In this document: one piece after another, positions 42,231 to 64,000 of the stretch | Numbering within the stretch: the stretch's first letter is position 1 | Layout: each line of letters begins with the position of its first letter | Source of the DNA: the human T2T-CHM13v2.0 reference genome, Homo sapiens | Direction: 5' to 3' (one strand) | Length of the DNA: 64,000 nucleotides | Assembly: GCF_009914755.1 (NCBI RefSeq) | Contig: NC_060947.1 | Made by a program: the position numbers and the translations under genes | Notes under the pieces: generated by a model | Told to the model about the DNA's origin: nothing | What the model saw: only the letters and a program-made list of their open reading frames with translations | Databases searched by the model: none

Positions 42231-44494
42231 GAACAGGAAATCTGCCTTACTGCTTACTTGGGATGAACTTGACAAACACTTGAAGACCAGAAAATATTTC
42301 CAAAAGTCAAGTGTAGGGGTGGGAGGTGGGGAGAGAAGGAAAATGCAGTGGGCATAGGGGCTGCCTAAGAGCATTAAAAACTCCTTCAACAAAGCGGGAG
42401 AAGTCTAAAAAGTCCTCAAAGAATACTATGAGATTATTTAGCAACATGGAGACAAACACAGAGAAAGAGCTAGAAGAAGCTAAAGAGTGGTACAGAGGGA
42501 GTGAGGATTAATGACTTTGTCATTATAGGCTTTTCAGAACTGTTGGCTTTTTAAACTTTGCACATCGTATTTTACTAATGAAAATACAAGTTTAAGTCAT
42601 CAAGAGTAAAATGTAGTATTTAGGCCTTACACTAGGGTATTAGTTCACATTATCCCTGCTGTTTTCAGAAGTAATAAACGCTACCTTCTCCTGAAATGAT
42701 AGCACAGAAAGAAAATCCAAGGTATAAATGCCACTGTGATCCTCTGATTAAAACATGCTAGCGTAGGAACCAGTGGAGAAGGCAAAAAATGCTAGAGAAG
42801 AGGTGGGAAGCAGGTGAAAATAGGTCTCCAGTACCAAATGTTGCCCTGAACATCAGTGAAAGGAGAAAAGCAGGGAGAGAATTGACAGGCAAGTCGCTGA
42901 TGGAGGGAGGGAACAGGAAGGTTCTGTGTGGGCCTAGCTTAGGAGATCTCATCTGGGAATCACCATCACATACTCAGGCAAAGAACGCTGCCAGGCACCA
43001 GCTGGTGGAACCCCAACACTCAGGAAGCGGAAGGTCAGGGCAAGGCAGAGACTATGGTGCCCAAGCCTGACACACCAGCTGCCTTGCAGAGTTATCAGAT
43101 GATCCTACAAGCTGGATCCTACAAGATGATGATGGCTGGCTGCCTCTTGGGTTATAAGCAACCTGATTCAGCAGCAAAAATTAACAAAAATGTCTTTGTT
43201 CCTTGCATTCCTTCCACTAAAAGCCTGAGAGACAGGAGAACATCACAGTTTCAAAACATATCTATTTTATTGTTACTGGGGTGGTTAAAGAAAATAATCT
43301 CAAATATGCTTTAGATTTAACACCAACATTTCCAAAATACTCTAGATTTTTGCATCTGAAAGGAAAACGCATCTTCCATTGCAAAAGGATTGCCTTTGCT
43401 TCCTCTAATTCAGCCTAAATACTGGCTGTCATCTGATCCCCAGATTTGTCCTCTCTTGGAACTGAGCCATATAGTATGAGAAAAATAAAAAAGGATCAAT
43501 AAGTGATAAAGCTTTAGGAGATGTAAAATCAGCATGTAAGGATAAATATGGCACTAATTAACCTTTACTGATGTTTTCTGCAGCCCATAATAAAAGTGTA
43601 ATGAGTTCAAGACTTTACAGCATCCCAGGTGCCTTAAACAACAAAGTCTACAGGAGTTAGGTTCTCTTAGCAACAGTGAAATTCCTGACTGGACCTACCT
43701 GACCTACCCTGGTAAGCCCAGCTTTCCTTTTGTTCCTCATCGTTGAATATTTCACCTGGAGACAAAGGGAAAGCCTACTCACCAGCAGCTATTTCTATTT
43801 CCAGACTCTTAGGCAACATACAGCAATTTCCTCTAGCATTTTTTTTTTCCACTTTGTAGCATCGGGGTTTCATCATGTTGCCCAGGCTGGTCTTGAATTC
43901 CTGGGCTGAAGCAATCCGCCCACCTCAGCCTCCCAAAGTGCTGGGATTATAGGCATGAGCCACCACGCCCGGCCTCCTCTAGTATTCTTTACAAGTATTC
44001 TCCAATTCATTCCTTTCCTACTGCTCATTAGGTTTTCAAGCCTGATTCTGATTTTGATTCTAAGTCATATTCAAATTGTACATAAAGTATCAAGCAGTTT
44101 TACATCAGCATTACTTTCCCTAATGTTGGGTTGCACTGCTAGCTCCAGCAGCCTCCATCACTACAGACTAAACCTAAACTCTTCTGGGTGGCTCTCAGGT
44201 CCTACCTCACACAGGAGCCCAGACTAGCCATGCCCTCCTCATGTATTCGAACCTGTAGCTTCTACCACAGCTAGCTGGGGCCATTGTCAATGGCACCTCC
44301 ACTCTCCTACCCACCACCATACTACACACAGACCACCTCCTTCTCTACTTTTCCCAAGATACCTTCTCCCTCCCATTCCTCATGCTTTAGGGGCCCCCTC
44401 CAGTTCCCCTTACTGCCTCATAATTAATGCCATTGTTATGCTCAGCCTACCAAATAAATAACCTATACATCATCAATTCATTTTCAGTAACTCA

Positions 44495-46530
<2,036 letters not shown>

Positions 46531-47723
46531 GGCCTATATCATTTTCATCAGGAAAAGAACTTTCTTACACCTCAGAAAAAGAACCTTCTTATACCTCCAG
46601 ATGTAAACGTAACACTTAAGTGTGATACTACCTGTGGTCCTAATGTTAACATACAATGGTTGTCCTCAGAGAAGCCCTTCTCCTGGGAGGGGCATGTGGC
46701 ACGGTGGTTGAGGGTGCAGGCTGGGCCTGAACTTGAATCCCAGCTCTACTGCTGACCAGCAGTGTGACCCTGAGCAGGTCCTTGGATGTCTCTACAGACT
46801 GGGGGGACCAACAGCATCCACTTCATAAAGTTGCAGCAAGGATTTAAGGAGGCCGTGGGAGTTGGGTGCCTAGGTCAGCACACTGCCCATAGTAAAGATA
46901 CGCACTCAAGAAGCACAGGCTATGGTCAGGAGACCTCTGGGAACTCAACTGCTGAAGGTGAGCACAGGCTGACCCAAAAGACAGTGAGCCTCACAGCCCA
47001 GGCAAAGGTTGGAAGTGAACTTTGTCTGAAGGTCCAGGGAAGGTAGACACCAGGTCAGGTGACAAGCAAGCTATACTTTCTGGGAAAGCAGCATTTGAGT
47101 ATTCAAGGTCTCTTTTAAACTTCAGGATCAAAGATAACAAGAACCCATGGATAGCATTTCACACCCATTTTGTTTTGCAGGGACCAGGTACTAACACTGT
47201 ACCCTCTTCCTGAAGGTGCTTTTCAAGACATTGCATGCTGTCACCTTCAAGCAGAATAACCCACAGAAGCCTGTGGTGCCCAGAGCTCTTAAAATATGTT
47301 ACTCTTGGCTTTCCTAGGAAAAATTAAGCCTGTCCAAAGATCAAACAATTGAACAGTGAGGTGATAAATAACCTTTGCCTCTCCATTTTCCCATTACCAC
47401 CCTTGTGCCTGTCGTTTCCCCCCTTCTCTGGTTTCAAAACGCACTCTTGTGAACACACCCTGTAATTATCACTTGTCTCCATATATTTTTAGTTAATGTT
47501 TCACAAGAGTATCTATTAGTGGATTTTTCATGCTTCCAAGTGCAAGTTTACCCTCATGCTTTTAAGTCTATGGGTAAAGAGAAAAATAAGAGACAAGAGA
47601 TGTGACTGGTAGAAGTGAGCAAGTAAAAACTTAAGAAGCCGCACAGGCTGTTTTTCAAGTTCAAGTTTTGCTAGCATTCGCTACAAGTATAAATTCTGAC
47701 AATAGGCAGCATTGGGCCCATTC

Positions 47724-48585
<862 letters not shown>

Positions 48586-49882
48586 CCAGATGCAAAACAT
48601 AATAAACACCCCATTTGATTTTAGCTCACTAGTGGTAATTTGAGAGAAAAGATGATTTAAGATGCTATTCAACAATTGGAGAGATTTGACGTGGGCTATG
48701 ATAATGGCATTGTGGTTACATAGGAGAATGTCTTTGTCCTTAGGAGACAGATGCTGAGGTGCTCAGGGGGGAAGCATCTGGATGTTTGTAATTGATTCTC
48801 AAATGACTCAGGGGTGGAGGAAAGTATCTGTCCAGAGAAAGAGAAAGCAAATGTGGAGATGTTCGCAATTAGTGAATCTAGTCGAAAGGCAGACTGGTGT
48901 TCATTGCACTATTCTTGCCACTTTTCTGTAGATCTGAAATATTTTTTAAAAGATGTTTAAAAAAAGATAGTTCTTGTTATGATTAAGCACAAACGCCTAC
49001 TTCCTCCCAGGAAAACAGAACATATGTGTAAAAACACTGGCAATTTTCTAAAATCTTGATTAAAATGCATTGCCAAAATCAGAATATTTTTGTGTAAAAT
49101 CTTATAACTAAAAATAAAATGCCTGTCTTTACTCCAACCAGTGAGTTAATACATATTCTATATTGGTGCATAGCAAAGTCAAAGAATCCATAATAAAAAC
49201 AAGAAGAATATATACAAGACAGCAAAGACACATGGAATGATAAATGCTCAAGACTGGCGGGAAGCTTTTAAGGAATTCTATTAGATTTCCCATTTGTTCT
49301 CCAATGTAAATAAGGCCCTAGAATTTTAGAGCTGAGAAACATCAGGGAGAAATACAGTCCCAATAGTCCAGTCCTCAGTTTGTAGGTGATATAAGGCAGA
49401 GTCAGGGAAAATTCTATAAGTGTGGAAGTGTACAAGTGTTTCAAAGCTGTAAAGTGCTCTTAAAATCCACCTGGAACCCCTTCCTGTGAGTTACAATCAG
49501 CATTAGATCAATGTCCCTTGGAAATGTCCTACTTATTTCATGGAACTCTTTCCAGTAGAAATCAATTTCCTTGGCAATTTTAAATCATGGCAGTTACAAA
49601 AAGTTTGAAGTATTTCCAACTGAACAAGAGTAAGTCGAGTGTTCTCACAAGTTTTTCGAATGATCACGAAATATATTTGGTAAGGAAAAGGATAATGAGA
49701 AATAAAAAGCAGACACAGGACCAACAAATAATGAAAGAGCTGAAAAAATGACCATGTTACTCAATATTGATTTGCCAAATAAAACCACAAATTACTGAGT
49801 ATCTTCTTTCCACTTCTTAAACCTGCTTCTGAAGCAATACTTCCATTCATTCATTCATGTATTCAAATATTTAAGCTGCTAA

Positions 49883-50293
<411 letters not shown>

Positions 50294-50591
50294 TAAAGCC
50301 TAAATATGCAACTAAATTGAAAAGAATCCTCTATATCTAAGCTTTATGAAATGTGAACTGTGAGCAAATATAATTCTACATTGGAGGGAAAATATAATCT
50401 CAGGGGGAAAAAAATCCAAGCTTACGACTCTGAACCATGAAGCAACTGTCGAGATGGACCTTTACTGGATCTTGCCCTTAATTATGGGGTTCATGCAGTC
50501 TTAAGCCTGAGTTTCAAAAACCATTAATAATTACCCTTAAATGGCCAACAAAAGGAAATTTTCATAATCAGGGTGGCGTGCCCGTAAAGAC

Positions 50592-50598
50592 TATAAAA
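50592..50598 (+). promoter_or_regulatory. S100G: TATA box of S100G
   Basis: TATAAAA ~75 nt upstream of the first splice donor; preceded by GGGTGGCGTG (Sp/KLF-like) and an HNF1-like ATTAATAATTACC at 50523-50535. Confidence 0.85.
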
Positions 50599-50621
50599 GT
50601 GTCATGATTCTGCTCAGCTCT

Positions 50622-50669
50622 TCAAACTCCTCTTTGATTCTTCTAGCTGTTTCACTATTGGGCAACCAG
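50622..50669 (+). other. S100G: S100G non-coding exon 1 (TSS approximate)
   Basis: Starts ~25-30 nt after the TATA box and ends at donor CAG|gttagt; S100 genes typically have an untranslated first exon. Confidence 0.75.
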
Positions 50670-50682
50670 GTTAGTGTGATTT
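50668..50682 (+). promoter_or_regulatory. Degenerate estrogen-response-element-like palindrome overlapping the exon 1 donor
   Basis: AGGTTAgtgTGATTT versus consensus AGGTCAnnnTGACCT; same position as the ERE known in rodent calbindin-D9k. Confidence 0.6.
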
Positions 50683-51472
50683 TGGTACTACCTAGAGCTC
50701 CTTCTGTTTGCATTAATACTCTGCTTCCTTTTAGAATGGTGTGAAAGATAATGGTCTGGAGAGAAGGTGAGTTTATGCCATCTGGAGATATTCCCTGTAA
50801 CTTAGAAGCTAGAAGCTGTGGTCAAGTATTCTTCAAGACCACAGCCTGCAGAGTGCAGATCAGGTACATAAAAAGTGTAGAATGTCATTAATTACTAATA
50901 AAAATGTTTGGCTCCAGGGACCATCTCCTAACAGATGTACTCTAAGAACAGACATTTAACATACTATCTAAGATGTCTTTTTTTTTTTTTTTTTTTTTTT
51001 GCAGCGGAGGCTCGCTCTGTCACCCAGGCTGGAGTGCAGTGGCATCGCACTCACTGCAACCTCCGCCTCCCGGGTTCAAGCGATTCTCCTGCCTCGGTCT
51101 TCCAAGTAGCTGGGACTATAGGCACGCACCACCACGCCTGGCTAATTTTTGTATAGAGACAGGGTCTCACCATGTTGGCCAGGCTTCCATGGTCTCGAAC
51201 TCCTGACTTCAAGTGATCCACCCTCCTTGGCCTCCCAAAGTGCTGGGATTACAGGCATGAGCTACCGTGCCTGGCCTAAGATGCTTATTTTTTAAACATG
51301 TTAGTAGTTACTGGTGCCATTCCGACCCCGACATTCTCTTTTCCTTATTCTTCCCCATTTATGCCAAGGAAATGGCCCAATGGCACTAAAATCCTGCAGA
51401 CAACCCTCAGCACAAAACTGTACTTCAGCTTTTTGGTAAGTTTATTTTCTTCCCAATTTATAAGACACCAGA

Positions 51473-51607
51473 ATGAGTACTAAAAAGTCTCCTGAGGAAC
51501 TGAAGAGGATTTTTGAAAAATATGCAGCCAAAGAAGGTGATCCAGACCAGTTGTCAAAGGATGAACTGAAGCTATTGATTCAGGCTGAATTCCCCAGTTT
51601 ACTCAAA
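51473..51607 (+). CDS. S100G: Calbindin-D9k (S100G) coding exon 2, N-terminal pseudo-EF-hand, residues 1-45 (exon starts at 51465)
   Basis: [45 protein letters not shown]; acceptor tttataag|ACACCAGAATG, donor AAA|gtaagt, phase 0. Confidence 0.98.
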
Positions 51608-53921
51608 GTAAGTGGCCATCCGCAGAGCCCACTTAATGGGACTGATGGTGGGAGGGGAGGGAGGGAGGGGAGAGGACTCCGGTAGAGCCTTATAGGGACC
51701 GTCGCTTGAGGGAGGACACATGCAGGTGGGGTTTCTTCCCCTTAAGTCAGGCCACATTTCAGAAGGCAAGCTCTCAGAAAACAAGGGCCAAGCCTTCTAT
51801 CCCTCCTGCAGCCTCAGCACAGGACTCTGCAGGACTAGCCATAATAAATGGAAGCAATGCCAAGTTATGCCTGGAAGACCCACAAGTCACCAAGCAAACC
51901 CAATAAGGCCTTCAGCATGGATTCAGTACTTCTGTGCCAGGCTTTAGGAAAACAAAGAGGACTGCAAAATAGTGTTAGCTGGCCTTGGACAGGCTTCATT
52001 TGTGTATGTAAAATCCCTCAACAAGACCAACACTTACTTAGCAGTCTGTTAGGAAAACCCACTGACAAATTGCCTTGTCAGCACTCATTTATATTTCAAA
52101 AGCATTTACATTTGTGTTCATCACTTAAATTTGTGTTAATGAGGCAACCGTGCATTTCTAAACAACTTTCAAGAAAGGACTAAATTTCCTGGGCCATAAA
52201 GTTTCACATCAAAATCACCCCAGAGTTGTCAAAATCAAAATGCATTCAAGGCAACAGAGTACAGAGAAGAGCTGATCGTCCTCACTCCAATATACAGTAC
52301 TGTCTTTCCTTTTGCTAAAGAAAAAGCTGAGTCAGGACACTTGCCAAGGATGGTAAGGCAACTTACTCCAGGAGGGCCATGGCGACCCATACAGGGACCA
52401 CTGAAACGTGTTCTTGCCATGGGGAGAGAGATTGGGCTCAACTCCAGAAAGGATAAGTGGGGGTTTATGACCATAGAGCAGGATGGGGGGGGCCAGTGGA
52501 TGGAAAATTATCAAGGAAATATCCAGGATAAGGAGCTTCTGGCTAAATTGCCTTGATAGGATTCTAGCTGAAGGCAGGCCAGGTGATCAAATATTAAGGG
52601 TAGTCAGATACAAGGACAGAGAGGGAAGCCCAAGGTCAGGCCTAGTCGAGCAGAGGACTCAAAGGAGAGAGTCATTGTCATTTTGCAATTAAAAACCATC
52701 TTCACAACAGAAGTGACTATGGAATTGTTTTGTATGACTCAGTCACTATTTAGCTCTAACTTCAGGAAAGAACATTTCTTCAAATATTTTAACCAGCTCT
52801 CCAGATTTTAACCAGAAATGTCCCTTCTGCCAATATGACAATTGGAAAGACTTCTGTTTTTAATACTAAAAAAGAAAAAAGCTGAATTCAATGACCCCAG
52901 AATCTGATATTTTCTCATTTTCTCATAGTTGAAATATAGAAGAACTTGTAAAAACACTTAAAGTCACTAGCAGAAAAAGGGACTTTTTAATTAAACAGCA
53001 AAACAAGTTAGTGAAAAAATTTAAAATTTTAAAAGACCCTTTATTTTTTCTAAAAGGAAGAAAAATAATCATCTAACAGGAAAGCCTAGGCCATGTACTC
53101 AAACAAGTTGTTTCAAAAGGTAACACGGGTAACTTTTTCTATATTTTATGTCTTTCCTACAAAAAGTACGTAAGACATAATCTGGAACGAGGTAGGAAGA
53201 CTAATGGTAAGTTCTGAAAGTCTACTTAACATGTACCTGATTATATTCCCATAAGGTTTCCATTACTAAGGTTTTCCACCATACTCTGTTTACATATATC
53301 ATCACCATGCATGGTTTAGAATCTAGTAAAGGCTTCAGGAAAACAGTGTTTCATATTCATAAATCAAAGGCTGAATAAGTAACTTACAGTTTGGTCTTGT
53401 AATTAAAGCAAAGTGCTAAGTGTTTTTGTAGGAATCTTAGGGGTTAAAATATATCTTCCATAGAGATGTGCTGCACAAAATTGTGAATCTACTTAGCACT
53501 ACTGAACTGTATGCTTAAAAATGATTAAGAGCGTAAATTCAATGTTATGTGTTTTTTACCACAATTTATATATACATATATATATATAATATAGTCTAAT
53601 TTGAAACTGACAAACTGAACTGTTATTTCAATCGGTTTTCTAAGTAGTATTTTGCACAGATAGACTCCTACCTGAAAGTCCAAGTAGTAATGGCTTTAAG
53701 ATTAGAGTTTTATGGTAGAGACAAAAATTAACTCCACTTAAGACACTGCAGGAAGTCCAGTAGTCAAAAAGCCTGCACACGATCTCACACGACATCTCAA
53801 GCAGTGGTTCTCCAAGTGTGGTCCCAGAGCAGCAGCATTGGCACCACCTGGGAAGCTGTTGAAAATATAGATTCTCCAGCTTGAACAACACAGCAAGACC
53901 TTGTCTCTATTAAAACTTTTA

Positions 53922-54143
<222 letters not shown>

Positions 54144-54870
54144 TTACTAAGGTCAGCAAGCCTATCGTGTGATTCTGATGCATGCTAAAGCATGGGAACC
54201 ATTGAGCCAAAGTCATTTTGCATAGCTCAACGTTTGGGAAAAACTGGGCGGTGGTTAGTTAAGGGGTTGAGCTCTGGAGTCAACGTGTGGACCCCAACCC
54301 CTCTGTTAACCAGCTGTGGACACTCAAGTAAGTGACTGCCTGTCTCTGAGCCTGTTTCCCCACCTGTAAAGTAGATCTCCCTCATAGGGTGGTCGGAAGG
54401 ATTACAGAAGGAGCCCTCCCTGCCTGCTGCCTCATGTAATATGTCAGCCCTAGCCCTGGAGCAGGAGACAAACCCAGCTTCCAGGAAAACCTTGGGGCAG
54501 GGGTCCTCAACTGTTTGTGTGCCGTGGGCAATCCAGTGAAGCCCACAGATCCCTTCTCAGAAGAATGTTTTTAGAGGCATAAAGAAAAAGACCCAAGATC
54601 ACATAAGAAAACAACTGTATTAAAATACGCATTGTATTAAAATAACAGATGTGTGATATGGAGGACAAAAAGGTAGCCAGTTCTATGACACGGAGCAATA
54701 CAACAGCTAAAGCTGGTTTCTCTCTGTTAGCTATTAGATGCATGTCACTGGAAACCTGAGCTGCCTTCTTGGCACACAGACCCCAAGGCCTCTAATTTCT
54801 GAGAATGTGTAGCAGTAACTGATTCATTTTTTCTCCCCTCCCTTCTCCCATCCTTTTTTATGTAAAACAG

Positions 54871-54975
54871 GGTCCAAACACCCTAGATGATCTCTTTCAA
54901 GAACTGGACAAGAATGGAGATGGAGAAGTTAGTTTTGAAGAATTCCAAGTATTAGTAAAAAAGATATCCCAGTGA
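54871..54975 (+). CDS. S100G: Calbindin-D9k (S100G) coding exon 3, canonical EF-hand, residues 46-79 plus stop
   Basis: [34 protein letters not shown] with EF-hand loop [12 protein letters not shown]; polypyrimidine tract and acag|GGT acceptor. Absent from the ORF track. Confidence 0.98.
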   Translation, partial: GPNTLDDLFQELDKNGDGEVSFEEFQVLVKKISQ

Positions 54976-55113
54976 AGGAGAAAACAAAATAGAACCCTGA
55001 GCACTGGAGGAAGAGCGCCTGTGCTGTGGTCTTATCCTATGTGGAATCCCCCAAAGTCTCTGGTTTAATTCTTTGCAATTATAATAACCTGGCTGTGAGG
55101 TTCAGTTATTATT

Positions 55114-55119
55114 AATAAA
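55114..55119 (+). terminator. S100G: S100G polyadenylation signal
   Basis: AATAAA ~140 nt after the stop codon, followed by T/GT-rich sequence. Confidence 0.85.
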
Positions 55120-55944
55120 GAAATTATTAGACATACCTTACTTTGTTAAGTACTGACCTCATAACATAATAGACTTGAAAGTAACCTTAGTCTGATTCAA
55201 CTAATTCTATAGATTTAAAAAAGAGAGAGAGAGAGAGAGAGAGAGGGAGGCTGAGGCAGGAAGAACACTTGAGCCCCCGAGGTCAAGGTTGCAGTGAGAC
55301 ATGATCACGCCACTGCACTCCAGCCTGGACCACAGAGGGAGACCCTGTCTAAAAATAAAACAAAATAAAAATAAAAATAAAAAAATAAAATGTGAGGGCC
55401 AAGATAGCTCTGTGATCCTGCCGAAAACTACAAAGATGGTGTGGGAGACCTGAAAAGAATCCAGAAATGCCAAACCAACTCCCTTGCTCCACTTTTCCAC
55501 CAGAATCACCCTGTTGCTTGCTCTCCTTCCTTAACTCCTCAGTGCTCAGGTCATCTCCAATTTCCACTCTGATCTCACACTATCCACTAGCGAGCAAGAA
55601 AAACACTTCACAAACAGACAGTTGACGTCATGCTATCTCCCAGCACTCGCTGTGCTTTCTTAATGAATGACCCTCGACGGGGAACAGAAGGAACACAGGA
55701 CCTAGAGGCGGCCCCACTCATCACTGACCGGGTGGCCTCGGGTCTACCAGCCTAACGCCATGGTACTGGCATGTGACGTGTAATATAAAAGATCACAGGA
55801 AGACCTTGGGCCCTCTCAACTCTTGGCATCCTGTATTCTGAGAAAACAGCCAGCCCTCAAGTTCAAGTTCCACTTTTTGCGTCCAGCTAGGGGATGCAGG
55901 GGGTGAAGTGACAACAGTGTGGAATATGGAGGCAAGAAGTGCAG

Positions 55945-56066
55945 AGGAGGGAAGGGAACTTTCTGCTACCCCTTACCAGATAAGAGTTCAAATGTTAACG
56001 TTCAAGGAGGGAAGGGAACTTTCTGCTACCCCTTACCAGATAAGAGTTCAAATGTTAACGTTCAAG
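55945..56066. repeat. Perfect 60-bp tandem duplication
   Basis: AGGAGGGAAGGGAACTTTCTGCTACCCCTTACCAGATAAGAGTTCAAATGTTAACGTTCA x2. Confidence 0.96.
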
Positions 56067-56105
56067 TTTGTCCAAGTTACCAATGGCTCAAGCTGACCCT
56101 AATAG

Positions 56106-63916
<7,811 letters not shown>

Positions 63917-64000
63917 AGATCTTTTTTTTAAACGCAATACATATTCATATGTGTGTGGCTAAGTGGGTATACACACACAAAAACACACACACAAATCTCT

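Noticed and set aside
50480-50500. Vitamin D response element in the S100G proximal promoter
   Set aside because: Only a GGTTCA half-site; no convincing DR3 partner seen.
51399-51441. Donor-like TTG|GTAAGT near the end of S100G intron 1
   Set aside because: Only ~29 nt from the exon 2 acceptor, too short for an intron; no other support.
51473-51685. 70-aa ORF as a single-exon S100 protein
   Set aside because: Residues after LLK are read-through into intron 2 past a canonical AAA|gtaagt donor; the second EF-hand is in the exon at 54871.

Overview
Human (primate) genomic DNA, Alu-rich and gene-poor; I recognise it as the CTPS2/S100G locus on Xp22. The minus strand carries four internal coding exons of CTP synthase 2 (39610-39706, 20745-20800, 17618-17714, 10010-10154; about residues 433-564, including the catalytic His/Glu in FHPEF). 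All have GT-AG boundaries and a continuous frame. The complete three-exon calbindin-D9k gene S100G (~50620-55135, 79 aa) is nested antisense in a large CTPS2 intron. A MADE1 palindrome at 27475-27554 matches MIR548AM. The rest is Alu, L1, LTR and hAT-type repeats, and nearly all ORFs in the track are repeat-derived or chance ORFs. I see no firm evidence for a new biological system. The best unexplained signals are: (1) a 70-bp, 90%-identical non-Alu inverted repeat spanning 1.75 kb just upstream of the CTPS2 catalytic exon, whose transitions are all G-U wobbles on the CTPS2 strand; (2) a consensus splice donor or micro-exon in S100G intron 1 carrying a mini-uORF and an in-frame upstream ATG; (3) a textbook antisense micro-exon at 10517-10559; (4) an Alu-flanked two-exon unit that could form a stop-free 153-nt circle; (5) a phased CACCT array. 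Repeat subfamily names, gene identities and exon numbers are from memory, not database searches, and repeat boundaries are approximate.
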